A stretch of 64,000 nt of DNA from an uncultured Prevotellaceae bacterium (GCA_946540735.1 CAMNIN010000005.1:43953-107952); one strand, 5' to 3'. Counted from the stretch's first letter, positions 1-9,501 are shown. Notes: a model not told the origin generated them from the sequence alone. Numbers and translations are program-made.

Positions 1-802
1 CCAGTGTGCCGAAAACAGTCTCGTTGTTGGGATCAGCGGCAAACTGACCTTCCAGGTCCTTGACATAGTTGAGGGAGTCCTCACGGGTCTTGAGACTCTC
101 CTGAACGACAGCCAGCTTCAGGTTATTGGCATCCTTGGCGAATTTCTCGTCCTTCATGGCGATGTCGCAATATTTCTGCACGCCCTTGATATCCTTGTTC
201 TGATAAGCATAGACGGCTGCATAGTAGGCGATATTATACAGGTTCTCATCCGGAGTCTTGGCCACTTCCTGAGCGAAGAGCGGGGTGTCGTGGGTATCGA
301 CATAGTCGGCGAGATACTTGTAAGCATTTTTCATATTACCCTTCTCCTGGAAGTAAATACCACCATTGATGAGGTCGAGACGGTAGTTGAGCAGTCGTCC
401 GACGTTGGAGTCGTGGAACTTAGGATTGATCTTTCCTTTCTCATTGGGCTTCTGGTCGAATTTCTCACACTCGGCAGCTGCGTCGAAGGCCTGACCGAGA
501 GCGGTGTAGTAGCCCAGAGAGTCAACTTCCTCGAGTTTTGCATTCTGCATGCCCTTCAGAGCGACGTTCTTGTCCATGGCGGTCTTTTCCTTAGTCACTG
601 TGGCAAAAGCCAAGTCGACGAGTTTGTTGTAAGCCTTCGCTTTCTCCGCGTCGCTGGTGAGCTGTCCGAGAGAGGATTGAAGGAGACCTGCAGCCTCGGC
701 GTAAGTCTTGGCTTTCAGGATTGACTTGAGGGCAGGTGAATCGCCCGCAAAGGCTGTTGAGGCAGCTGCTGCCATCAAAGCCACAATCATCATTTTTTTC
801 AT
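1..802 (-). CDS. Secreted TPR-like/helical-repeat protein; N-terminal 267 codons only, as the gene runs off the left edge
   Basis: Manual reverse translation from the ATG at 800-802 gives MKKMMIVALMAAAASTAFAGDSPALKSILKAKTYAEAAGLLQ...DIAMKDEKFAKDANNLKLAVVQ with no stop codon before the window edge. It has a signal-peptide-like N-terminus. It is missing from the ORF track because no stop lies inside the window. The 290-724 (+) ORF is its antisense shadow. Confidence 0.55.
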   Translation of the reverse strand, partial: MKKMMIVALMAAAASTAFAGDSPALKSILKAKTYAEAAGLLQSSLGQLTSDAEKAKAYNKLVDLAFATVTKEKTAMDKNVALKGMQNAKLEEVDSLGYYTALGQAFDAAAECEKFDQKPNEKGKINPKFHDSNVGRLLNYRLDLINGGIYFQEKGNMKNAYKYLADYVDTHDTPLFAQEVAKTPDENLYNIAYYAAVYAYQNKDIKGVQKYCDIAMKDEKFAKDANNLKLAVVQESLKTREDSLNYVKDLEGQFAADPNNETVFGTL

Positions 803-851
803 AATCATTATTAATAAAAGGTTGATATTTTCTATGATTACACTCGGCGAA

Positions 852-3461
852 TTACTCGTCGCCGGTCGTAGTATCTTCTATTTCTGCCGGTGTTTCATTC
901 TCTGGCAGGGGCGTGCCGTTGTCATTTTCCATGTCGTGCTTGATATCCTCGCTCTTGCGGGCCCACTCAGCACGACTCATCTGCTCAACGCGGGCCTCCA
1001 GTTCGGCACCCATGACCTTGCAGACGCTGGCGATGACATCATTCTTCTTGGTGAGATTGATCAGGCGGACGCCCTGTGTGGCACGGCCCATCACCCTGCA
1101 TTCGGCCACGGAGAGCCGGATGGCGATACCGCTCTTGTTGATAATCATGAGGTCGTGCTCATCGGTGACGTTCTTGATTGCCACCACGCGCCCGGTCTTG
1201 TCGGTGATCTGCAGCGTCTTCACACCCTTGGTGCCACGCGAGGTCTTGCGGTAGTCCTCCACTTGTGAACGCTTGCCATAACCATTCTCACTGACCACCA
1301 TGATGGTCTCTTTCTCGGAATCGTTGACCACGATCATGCCTACTACCTCATCATCGCCGCCATCGAGGATCATGCCCCTGACACCAGTCGACACACGACC
1401 CATGTCGCGCACAGCCGACTCATTGAAGCGCACGGCACGACCATTCCGGTTGGCAAGTACCAGTTCGTTGTGTCCGTTGGTCAGGCGCACGTCGACCACC
1501 TCGTCTCCTTCGAGGATGTTGATCGCGTTAACACCCATGGCACGTGGATGGCTGTAGGCCTTGAGACAGGTCTTCTTGACGATACCTTTCTTGGTGGCGA
1601 ACACCACGAAGTGGGAATTGAGGAACTCCTCGTTGTCGAGTCCGCGCAGGCGGAGGAATGCGTTGACAGAGTCGTCGGGATCAATGTTGAGCATATTCTG
1701 TATCGCACGTCCCTTGGAGTCTTTTCCTCCTTCAGGTATCTCATAGCACTTGAGCCAGTGGCAACGCCCCTTCTTGGTAAAGAAAAGCATGGTGTTGTGC
1801 ATCGTGGCCGGGTAGATAAACTCGGTGAAGTCCTGCTCCCTGGTGCGTGCACCTTTGCTGCCCACGCCGCCACGGGCTTGTCCGCGGAACTCGCTGAGCG
1901 GAGTGCGCTTGATGTATCCCAAATGGCTGACCGTGATGACCACCGGATCGTTGGGATAGAAATCCTCGGGATTGAACTCCTCGGAGGAGTATTTGATCTC
2001 CGTGCGGCGCTCATCGCCGTATTTGGCTTTCACTTCGAGGAGCTCATCCTTCATCACCTTCTTGCAAAGCTCAGGATCATCGAGGATCGACTGCAAATAA
2101 GCAATGAGTTTCTGTAGTTCCTCATACTCAGCATGGAGTTGGTCGACGCGCAGGCTGGTGAGCTGCGAGAGGCGCATGTCGACGATAGCCTTCGACTGCA
2201 ATTCATCGATATCGAAACGTTTCTCGAGGTTGCGCTGTGCATCCGACGGGGTGCTGGAAGCTCTGATGATGTGCACCACCTCATCAATATTGTCGCATGC
2301 GATGATGAGACCTTCAAGAATATGGGCACGTTCCTGAGCCTTGCGCAAGTCGAACTTCGTGCGGCGGATGGTCACATCGTGACGGTGCTCGACGAAATAG
2401 CCCACACACTCTTTGAGTGAGAGCAGGCGCGGCCTACCCTTCACCAGTGCGATACAGTTGACAGAGAACGAACTTTGGAGAGCCGTCATCTTGAAGAGCT
2501 TGTTGAGGATGACATTGGCGTTGGCCTCTCTCTTCACATCGACCACAATACGCATGCCCTGCCGTCCCGACTCATCATTCACATTGGAGATGCCTTCGAT
2601 CTTGCCCTCCTTCACGAGGTCGGCGATATACTCAATGAGCTGCGCCTTGTTGACCCCATAGGGAATCTCTGTGACCACAATCTTGTCATGTGTATCAGCA
2701 CTTTCGATCTCAGCCTTGGCGCGCATGACAATGCGGCCACGGCCGGTCTCATAGGCATCCTTCACACCCTGGATGCCATAGATATACGCACCAGTGGGGA
2801 AGTCAGGAGCCTTGATGTATCTCATCAGTCCATCGGTATCGATATCCGGGTCGTCGATATATGCACAGCAGCCGTCGATCACCTCTCCCAGATTGTGGGT
2901 GGGGATATTGGTAGCCATACCCACGGCGATACCGTTGCCGCCATTGACCAAGAGGTTGGGCACTTTGGTCGGCATGACTGATGGTTCGGTAAGCGAGTCA
3001 TCGAAGTTGTTGACCATGTCGACGGTATCCTTGTCCAGGTCGTCCATGATGTGCTCTCCCATTTTCGAGAGCCGGCATTCGGTATATCGCATGGCAGCGG
3101 GAGAATCGCCGTCGACACTGCCGAAGTTGCCCTGTCCGTCCACCAGCGTATACCGCATGTTCCAGTCTTGCGCCATACGCACAAGAGCGCCATATACGGA
3201 ACTGTCGCCGTGGGGGTGGTACTTACCGAGCACCTCGCCCACCACGCGGGCGCATTTCTTATAGGGTTTGTCGCTGGTATTCCCGATTCCCATCATTCCA
3301 AACAGGATTCTCCGGTGAACGGGTTTGAAGCCATCCCTCACGTCGGGCAAGGCTCTGGCCACAATCACCGACATAGAGTAGTCGATGTAGGACTTTTTCA
3401 TCTCCTCCTCGATATTGATTCTGATGATTCTGTCCTGGTCAAAAGTTTGATTCTCGTCCAT
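852..3461 (-). CDS. gyrA: DNA gyrase subunit A
   Basis: The 869-aa ORF has an N-terminus typical of GyrA (IEEEMKKSYIDYSMSVIVARALPDVRDGFKPVHRRILF; AAMRYTE with the catalytic Tyr). The C-terminal beta-pinwheel repeats and an acidic tail are present. Confidence 0.97.
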   Translation of the reverse strand: MDENQTFDQDRIIRINIEEEMKKSYIDYSMSVIVARALPDVRDGFKPVHRRILFGMMGIGNTSDKPYKKCARVVGEVLGKYHPHGDSSVYGALVRMAQDWNMRYTLVDGQGNFGSVDGDSPAAMRYTECRLSKMGEHIMDDLDKDTVDMVNNFDDSLTEPSVMPTKVPNLLVNGGNGIAVGMATNIPTHNLGEVIDGCCAYIDDPDIDTDGLMRYIKAPDFPTGAYIYGIQGVKDAYETGRGRIVMRAKAEIESADTHDKIVVTEIPYGVNKAQLIEYIADLVKEGKIEGISNVNDESGRQGMRIVVDVKREANANVILNKLFKMTALQSSFSVNCIALVKGRPRLLSLKECVGYFVEHRHDVTIRRTKFDLRKAQERAHILEGLIIACDNIDEVVHIIRASSTPSDAQRNLEKRFDIDELQSKAIVDMRLSQLTSLRVDQLHAEYEELQKLIAYLQSILDDPELCKKVMKDELLEVKAKYGDERRTEIKYSSEEFNPEDFYPNDPVVITVSHLGYIKRTPLSEFRGQARGGVGSKGARTREQDFTEFIYPATMHNTMLFFTKKGRCHWLKCYEIPEGGKDSKGRAIQNMLNIDPDDSVNAFLRLRGLDNEEFLNSHFVVFATKKGIVKKTCLKAYSHPRAMGVNAINILEGDEVVDVRLTNGHNELVLANRNGRAVRFNESAVRDMGRVSTGVRGMILDGGDDEVVGMIVVNDSEKETIMVVSENGYGKRSQVEDYRKTSRGTKGVKTLQITDKTGRVVAIKNVTDEHDLMIINKSGIAIRLSVAECRVMGRATQGVRLINLTKKNDVIASVCKVMGAELEARVEQMSRAEWARKSEDIKHDMENDNGTPLPENETPAEIEDTTTGDE

Positions 3462-3692
3462 TATTTTGTGTCAATATTTAAAAGGTGGTTTTGGCGAAGA
3501 AATCGCCGTAGAGGGCATTTTTAGGCGTTTTAAGCCACTTTGCCCCTGTTTCAAGGTGTAAAATTACGACTATTTTACGACTTGCAAAAAAAATGGGAGA
3601 AAAACTTTCTAAAATTAAATATTATTAAGGTGGGGGCGGGTTTGCGGCCTTATAGGGAGGTGCATCAGGGAAGGTTGTGTGGCGAATCCACT

Positions 3693-3727
3693 AAAAGGCG
3701 ACAGAACGTCTGGATTGTTCTGTCGCC
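3693..3727 (-). terminator. Rho-independent terminator downstream of the 3753-4202 gene
   Basis: An 11-bp perfect stem (ggcgacagaac / gttctgtcgcc) is followed by TTTT when read on the minus strand. Confidence 0.6.
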
Positions 3728-3752
3728 TTGCCTTTGAGTTGCGATTAATGTA

Positions 3753-4202
3753 TTATTTTCTATGGAATTTTGCTGCATCTCTCATGGCCTGCCGGTGGAA
3801 CCGGCTTTCAGCCGTGATCACGTCAAAGAGTTTACTTCCTGAGAGTATAGTGAGGAAGCGTGAGTGATAGTTGGACTGCATCTGCTTGATCTCAAGCTCG
3901 AGCCGGTCGATATCGGCGATCACTTTCCGGCACTGCTCCTCGTCTGCAGGTTTCATCCTTTTCAGATCTCTGATCTGGTCATACAAGCCTCTCTGTTTCC
4001 TGTTCATCTCATCATAGAGAGGAAAGAACTGAGCGGCCTCGCTGGGGGTGAGGCCAGCCTCCACCGTGATGAAGCGCTCCAGATGGGCTTTGAAGGCCCT
4101 TGGGTCGAAACCCTTGTTCATCTTCATCTGGGCGAGCATCGGCAGGACTGCCACCATCAGCATCAGTAGAATCGTTTGTAGTCTGCGTCTGTTCTGTCTC
4201 AT
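3753..4202 (-). CDS. Periplasmic Spy/CpxP-like (LTxxQ-type) helical protein
   Basis: I take the internal start MRQNRRRLQTILLMLMVAVLPMLAQ, which is signal-peptide-like and begins 1 nt after the stop of the upstream ORF. The protein is helical and charged, with LTPSEAAQFFPLYDEM. The 217-aa track ORF over-extends upstream. Confidence 0.5.
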   Translation of the reverse strand: MRQNRRRLQTILLMLMVAVLPMLAQMKMNKGFDPRAFKAHLERFITVEAGLTPSEAAQFFPLYDEMNRKQRGLYDQIRDLKRMKPADEEQCRKVIADIDRLELEIKQMQSNYHSRFLTILSGSKLFDVITAESRFHRQAMRDAAKFHRK

Positions 4203-4203
4203 G

Positions 4204-4569
4204 TCATTCTCCTGAAAGATATGCGTAAAGCTCATAGTCATCACACATGATGTAATCGGCCATGGCATCGATATTGCTGTCGGTTGTCGCAACGCTCTGC
4301 GCTTTGGCGGTAGTCTGCATCTTTCCTGCCTCAGCACTGTCATTGTAGAAATAGACACCAGCGCCGAACATCGCAGCCACGACGGCTGCTGCCGCTGCCC
4401 ATGCACGCCATCTGATGAAGACGGGAGTCTTTTGCTGTGGCTTCACGGCCACCACCTCGTCTTGAGGCAGGCTTGCCATGATCTGGTCGGCAACAGAGTC
4501 GAAGTACCCCTCTGGCACCCGGAAGGGGTTGGTGGGGTTCTGAGGTATCCAATCTGTCTCTCTTCTCAT
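4204..4569 (-). CDS. Single-pass membrane protein with anti-sigma-factor-like architecture
   Basis: The 121-aa ORF has one TM segment (WRAWAAAAAVVAAMFGAGVYFY). It is tightly coupled to the downstream Spy-like gene. I recognise no specific domain. Confidence 0.45.
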   Translation of the reverse strand: MRRETDWIPQNPTNPFRVPEGYFDSVADQIMASLPQDEVVAVKPQQKTPVFIRWRAWAAAAAVVAAMFGAGVYFYNDSAEAGKMQTTAKAQSVATTDSNIDAMADYIMCDDYELYAYLSGE

Positions 4570-4670
4570 TTCCTTCGTTTTGTATTATGACGTTTCAAAG
4601 TAGATTTCGTTTAATGTTTTCCGCTCTTTTTTTTGGAAATATGCAAAAAAATGTTTTCACGCATGTTTTC

Positions 4671-5588
4671 TCACTGCGAGCCGATGTAAAGGAAGACCAT
4701 GCCCAACAAGACGAGGGCCAGATCGATGACTTTGCTCTTAAGGTTTTTCTCATGGAAGAACAAGGCTCCGAAGAGGAAAGAGACGACGACGCTGCCCCGT
4801 CTCACCATCGACACGATGGAGATCATGGCACCGGGAAGGCTCAGGGCATAGAAATAGATGAAATCCGCCGCACTGAGAAACAGGCTCACGAAGATAATGC
4901 TCCAGTGCCAATGAAGCGGGGTGGAATGGTGCCTTGTCGGCCACCAGGCCAGCATCAGCACAGCGAGCATCATGCCGCATTGGTAGATGTTGTACCAACT
5001 TTGTACGGCCATCCGGTCGAGTCCCACGCCACCGTTCTCAGGTGGAGCCATCAGATATTTGTCATATAGTCCGCTGACCGCCCCCAAGAGAGCCGACAGC
5101 ACGATGAAGTAGATCCACTTGTCGTGTTTGAAGTCGATACCTTCTTTTTTACCGCTTCGGCTTAACATGAAGAACGACAAGACGGCCAACGACACGCCCA
5201 CCCACTGCCACAAATTGAGTTTTTCGCCAAAGACCACCAGGGCACCGATGAGCACCATGACTGGCCTTGTGGCATTGATGGGACCGACGATGGTGAGCGG
5301 CAGATGCTTCATACCAAAATAGCCGAAGAGCCATGAAGAAAGCACGATCACACTCTTCACAAGGATGTAGCGATGGCTCTCCCACCCCACAGCAGGCACA
5401 TGAAACGCCGTGGATTCGAGCCAAGTGGTGTGCGCGCTAACCAGGATGAATGGCAGGAAGATGAGCGAGCAAAACAAAGTGTTGAGGAAAAGCACGGGGA
5501 TGACGGCATTGCCATTGAGTGCCTCTTTCTTGAAGGAATCATAGCAGCCAAGCAAGGCTGCGGACAAAAATGCGAGTATCAGCCACAT
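4671..5588 (-). CDS. EamA/DMT-family transporter
   Basis: The 305-aa ORF is polytopic with about 10 hydrophobic segments. It shows the two-EamA-repeat pattern typical of DMT permeases. Confidence 0.7.
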   Translation of the reverse strand: MWLILAFLSAALLGCYDSFKKEALNGNAVIPVLFLNTLFCSLIFLPFILVSAHTTWLESTAFHVPAVGWESHRYILVKSVIVLSSWLFGYFGMKHLPLTIVGPINATRPVMVLIGALVVFGEKLNLWQWVGVSLAVLSFFMLSRSGKKEGIDFKHDKWIYFIVLSALLGAVSGLYDKYLMAPPENGGVGLDRMAVQSWYNIYQCGMMLAVLMLAWWPTRHHSTPLHWHWSIIFVSLFLSAADFIYFYALSLPGAMISIVSMVRRGSVVVSFLFGALFFHEKNLKSKVIDLALVLLGMVFLYIGSQ

Positions 5589-5600
5589 ACATCTCTGTTT

Positions 5601-6338
5601 TTATCGGGGATATTTGATATCGTGGAGGAAAAGCGCATGAGCTGGCATGCTTTCCCCCGCCCTTGTGCGTTGACCACTCTCGATGATTCTACGGAATTCC
5701 TGCAAGGAAATCCTTCCGCGTCCCACATCCACCAAAGTGCCTACCACGGCCCTTACCATATTGCGCAGGAAGCGGTTGGCAGAGATTGTGAACCGGTAGC
5801 GATGGTCATCAAGCTGGTCCCATCTGGCCTCAGCCACCTCACAGAAGGTCGTTTTCACGTCGGTATGGCTCTTGCAGAAAGCGGCGAAATCGTGATAGGT
5901 TGTCAGAATGCGCCCTGCCTCGTTCATCAAGTCGAAATCGAGGTTGTAATGCAAGAGGCAGGAATAGTGGTCGATGAAAGGGTCTTTCCGGGTATGAACA
6001 TAATAGTAATAGGTGCGACGGATAGCGCTGAAACGCGCATGCATCTCGCTGTCCACCTTCTCGACAGACAGGACGGCGATATCACGAGGCAGGATGCGGT
6101 TGAGCCGGTACGCCGTTTGCACACCATCCAAGGCGTTTTCCGTATCAAAATGCGCCACCATGCAGGAAGCATGCACTCCGGCATCGGTACGGCCAGCTCC
6201 GACCAGCTCCACCGGCTGCCGCAGCAATAGGCTCAAAGCACTTTGCAGTTCAGCCTGAACCGAGTGCCCGTTAGGTTGCACCTGCCATCCATGATAAGCG
6301 GTGCCGTCATATTGGAATGTCACAAAATACCTGTTCAT
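5601..6338 (-). CDS. truA: tRNA pseudouridine(38-40) synthase TruA
   Basis: The internal start MNRYFVTFQYDGTAYHGWQVQPNG matches the TruA N-terminus. GAGRTDAGVHA holds the catalytic Asp. The track ORF (to 6446) over-extends. Confidence 0.9.
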   Translation of the reverse strand: MNRYFVTFQYDGTAYHGWQVQPNGHSVQAELQSALSLLLRQPVELVGAGRTDAGVHASCMVAHFDTENALDGVQTAYRLNRILPRDIAVLSVEKVDSEMHARFSAIRRTYYYYVHTRKDPFIDHYSCLLHYNLDFDLMNEAGRILTTYHDFAAFCKSHTDVKTTFCEVAEARWDQLDDHRYRFTISANRFLRNMVRAVVGTLVDVGRGRISLQEFRRIIESGQRTRAGESMPAHALFLHDIKYPR

Positions 6339-6349
6339 CTTCGACGGTG

Positions 6350-6357
6350 CAAAGTTA
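6350..6357 (-). promoter_or_regulatory. Bacteroidetes -7 promoter box (TAACTTTG) upstream of truA
   Basis: The reverse complement of caaagtta matches the TAnnTTTG consensus just upstream of the truA ATG. Confidence 0.4.
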
Positions 6358-6485
6358 CGAAATACAACCATACTATCCAAGAAATGAGCCCACTTTAAAA
6401 AGTCGGATGAAGCCATTCGCATCTCAAAAGAAAGGAGAGACGACACAGTGCGGTGTCTCTACTTCTGGCGATGGCTTGAAATGCA

Positions 6486-6522
6486 AAGCGCCGCGATCTT
6501 TCACAGACAGCGGCGCTTTTTT
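6486..6522 (+). terminator. Orphan hairpin plus T-tract terminator with no plus-strand gene upstream
   Basis: The stem aagcgccgc / gcggcgctt has a 15-nt loop and is followed by TTTTTT on the plus strand. Confidence 0.5.
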
Positions 6523-6656
6523 CCAAGAAAAATTACACTCTATTGATTATAAAGCCTAATACCTAAAACAATTGGAGAACATTATTGTATCATCTATATT
6601 TCGCTTGCAAATATACGGTTTATTTCCTAAACATGAAAACTATCTCGCAACAAAAA

Positions 6657-6684
6657 GGGAAAAATCGGCCGATTTTTCCCTTTT
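6657..6684. terminator. Palindromic bidirectional terminator downstream of the AAA-CYTH gene
   Basis: gggaaaaatcgg/ccgatttttccc is a perfect 12-bp palindrome flanked by A-runs and T-runs on both sides. Confidence 0.6.
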
Positions 6685-6767
6685 GGCAAAAAAGATTTGA
6701 TACCCCGACAAAAATAGACACGAGCCTTCCCTCAACCGTTCGCATCTATGCCTCATAAGGCCTAAGT

Positions 6768-7871
6768 TCATTTCTTCAGGGCGATGTTGTAGTTGTAATA
6801 ACGCTTATTGCCTGTGATGTCCTCAACGACCCGAATAAACGGAGGAAATTTCACCGACTCGTCGGAAGCCACACCCTTCGTCTCGAGGATTCTCAGTCCC
6901 TGCAAAGGATGTTCGAACGTGTCAAGTTCAAAATACTGTCCTTTCCAGATGAAACTGTGCCTCGTTTTCTGAATGGTCTGTCGATACGGGTCAGCCTGCT
7001 GCAGGAGAGAAGTATAGAGGTTGTTGCTGATTTGCCTTTCTGTCTGTACGCATTCTGTCTCGGATACCGGAGTCTTGGTGGTATGCACGTAAACGTATTT
7101 ACCCTGCCATCCCCTCTTCCGTAGTCTCACCTCACAGCCTGGCTCAGCCACCAAATAGGTCTGAGTGATCTCGCTGATGATGCTTTCAGGCAGTTCTCCC
7201 GTTACCTCCACAATATATTTGCGCTCCTCCTCAATGGGCTGCGGCAAGCCGAGAACAAAAGAAATCTCCTTGATTACACGATTGAGTTTCTTCTCAAAAT
7301 CCTCATGGTTGTTGATCACCCTCAAGTGTGAATGCCCGGTCCAAGCACTGATCACCTTCTTGTCGAGAAGCCGAGCGATTCTCAATCCCTCCTCATCCAT
7401 TTTCTCATAGCGCTGCGCATTGGTGCTTGTGGTGTAGAACTGTTCGGCACCGTCGGCAGCCGATACCAGATGGAGCACCGCATCATAGCGGCTGTCGCGG
7501 AGCAAAGCCGTTGACGTACCCAGCGACTTGGTGATGTCCTCCCACATCTCAGGAGTCATATAGGCAGAGATGTCCATCGCGCCCCTGTCGCAGACCATGA
7601 GCGTGGGCTGGTCGCATTCCTGAGCCATCCTCAGGAATTTGTCCTCAAGTGCAAGCTGTATCTCAAGAGTGGCCTTCTCGCCCTGATAAAACAAGCCTTT
7701 GTTGTCGGTGAGGTAATCCATACCCGCCTGACTAAACAAAGTAGGCACTTCGGGGATGGTGAACACTTTATAGCCAAGGCTGGAGAAATGCTCGATGATT
7801 TTCACGAGTGCGGTTGTTTTCCCGGCACATGGTCCTCCGGTGAGGACGATTCTTTTGACTTCTTTATTCAT
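6768..7871 (-). CDS. P-loop NTPase (AAA_28/NadR-kinase-like) fused to a C-terminal CYTH domain
   Basis: The 367-aa ORF has a Walker A (GGPCAGKTT) at the N-terminus. A CYTH ExExK signature (EEERKYIVE) opens the C-terminal half, followed by CYTH-like blocks (ITQTYL, VRLRKRG, IQKTRHSF, FELDTF, ILETKG). Confidence 0.7.
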   Translation of the reverse strand: MNKEVKRIVLTGGPCAGKTTALVKIIEHFSSLGYKVFTIPEVPTLFSQAGMDYLTDNKGLFYQGEKATLEIQLALEDKFLRMAQECDQPTLMVCDRGAMDISAYMTPEMWEDITKSLGTSTALLRDSRYDAVLHLVSAADGAEQFYTTSTNAQRYEKMDEEGLRIARLLDKKVISAWTGHSHLRVINNHEDFEKKLNRVIKEISFVLGLPQPIEEERKYIVEVTGELPESIISEITQTYLVAEPGCEVRLRKRGWQGKYVYVHTTKTPVSETECVQTERQISNNLYTSLLQQADPYRQTIQKTRHSFIWKGQYFELDTFEHPLQGLRILETKGVASDESVKFPPFIRVVEDITGNKRYYNYNIALKK

Positions 7872-7891
7872 GGGAATGAAATGTGATGGTT

Positions 7892-9355
7892 CTACGTCAA
7901 GGATGCGGGGGCGGCCTCAGCCAACCGTTGGAGCAGGCGGACGAAGACCCTCCAGATATCGCTGATGGTGCTGAGTTCCACCCGCTCCGAGGTGGAATGA
8001 GGCTCCACGATACGCGGTCCGATACTGGCGATCTGTATGCCTGGGTAATGTTCGACGAAATAACCTGCCTCAAGCACGAAATGCATGGCCACTTGCCGGG
8101 GCCGCCAACCAAGCACCTCGTCAAACACATCAGATGTCAGACGAAGGAAAGGCGAGTCAGGATTTTCCTGCCATGCCGGAGCACTCATGACAACCGACGA
8201 CGTGGCACCGGCCTCTCTCATCACCTGTGCAATCTCATCGGCCACAGATTTCATGTCCTCGTCGATGAAACTACGCGTGTGAGTAGTTACAACCAAGTCA
8301 TCGCCGTCGAAGAACACCCGACCCACATTGTTGGAGGTCTCCACGGTGTCGGTCATCTTCTCACTCATGCGGATCACGCCCTGCGGTATCTGCTCCATGC
8401 AGGCCATAAACTGGTGAAAGTTCTCCTGGGCCATAACACGCTCAAGCGGCTGTGCCTTCTCGATATGGCATCTTACCCCAGCGTCGGTCTGGCCATATTC
8501 ATCCTGTACCCATTCATTGAAGATCTCCTCCTGGGCCCAGACAAACTCCGCCGCCTCGCCAGAAGGCACCGTGATGACCAGTTCGGCCGAAGAAGCGATG
8601 GAGGCGTTGGCCTCACCTATATTAATATATGCCAGATCCAGATCGTACTCATTGTATATGGCGGCCAGAATGGCCCAAGCCATCACTACCGCACTGGCCC
8701 TGCCTTTATTGATGTCGACACCCGAATGGCCACCCTTTCCACCATCTATGCGAATGCGATACCAGCGGCGCTTTCCACCCGGGGCTTTCACCCATCCCGC
8801 CGGCAACCGATGCACCTGAAGTGTAGCACCCGCCGCCCCCGTGGTGATGGTGTCATAATCCTCGGAATCAAGGTTGATGACCTTTCTTCCTTTGATGAAA
8901 TCCGGCGAGAGAGCAGCGGCACCCGTCATGCCGTCCTCCTCATTGGTGGTAGTGATCACCTCCAGTGGACCGTGCACGATGCTGTCGTCGGCCAGAACAG
9001 CCAACGCCATGGAAAGGCCGATGCCATTGTCTGCGCCAAGAGAAGTGCCCTTAGCCTTCATCCAACCGTCCTCCTCGTAAGCCTCCACCCCATCCTTCAG
9101 GGGGTCTTGCATACCAACGCACACCATATCCATGTGATTGAGCACCACCACTGGCTCAGCGTTTTCGTATCCAGGAGTGGCCGGTTTGCTGATCACTACA
9201 CAGTTTTGTCCGTCGCGTTTCCACGGTAGTCCGAGTCCTTCGGCATAGCTGCAAAGGAAATCAGCCACCCGCTCCTCATGGTGCGACGGTCTTGGAACTT
9301 GATTGAGTTGCCTGAAAATCCGCATGACGGCGGAGGGAAGTTCGTTTTTTCTCAT
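7892..9355 (-). CDS. pepD: Aminoacyl-histidine dipeptidase (M20 family, PepD-like)
   Basis: The 487-aa ORF starts with FRQLNQVPRPSHHEERVADFL, as PepD does. M20 blocks are present (VVLNHMDMV, LGADNGIG, NEEDGMTGA). Confidence 0.85.
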   Translation of the reverse strand: MRKNELPSAVMRIFRQLNQVPRPSHHEERVADFLCSYAEGLGLPWKRDGQNCVVISKPATPGYENAEPVVVLNHMDMVCVGMQDPLKDGVEAYEEDGWMKAKGTSLGADNGIGLSMALAVLADDSIVHGPLEVITTTNEEDGMTGAAALSPDFIKGRKVINLDSEDYDTITTGAAGATLQVHRLPAGWVKAPGGKRRWYRIRIDGGKGGHSGVDINKGRASAVVMAWAILAAIYNEYDLDLAYINIGEANASIASSAELVITVPSGEAAEFVWAQEEIFNEWVQDEYGQTDAGVRCHIEKAQPLERVMAQENFHQFMACMEQIPQGVIRMSEKMTDTVETSNNVGRVFFDGDDLVVTTHTRSFIDEDMKSVADEIAQVMREAGATSSVVMSAPAWQENPDSPFLRLTSDVFDEVLGWRPRQVAMHFVLEAGYFVEHYPGIQIASIGPRIVEPHSTSERVELSTISDIWRVFVRLLQRLAEAAPASLT

Positions 9356-9493
9356 AAAAAGAGTATTGGATCTTAATGGTCAATTAGACTATGCAAAGAT
9401 AATGCAAACAGACGGCAAATCAAAATAAAAGGCGATTTAATTTTCATGGTTGCAAAAAAGCCTTCTATATTTGTCTATTCCATGAGAAAAGTG

Positions 9494-9501
9494 TAATTTT
9501 G
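9494..9501 (+). promoter_or_regulatory. -7 promoter box (TAATTTTG) upstream of the SGNH/MBOAT operon
   Basis: It matches TAnnTTTG about 57 nt upstream of the ATG at 9558. Confidence 0.4.

Noticed and set aside
290-724. 144-aa plus-strand ORF at the left edge
   Set aside because: It is antisense to the edge-truncated minus-strand gene. That gene has a signal peptide and an uninterrupted 267-codon frame.
5373-6230. 285-aa plus-strand ORF
   Set aside because: It spans the EamA/truA junction on the opposite strand. It is a shadow frame.
7883-9229. 448-aa plus-strand ORF
   Set aside because: It is antisense to the PepD-like dipeptidase gene, which has clear M20 motifs. The shadow ORF has no motifs and no plausible promoter.
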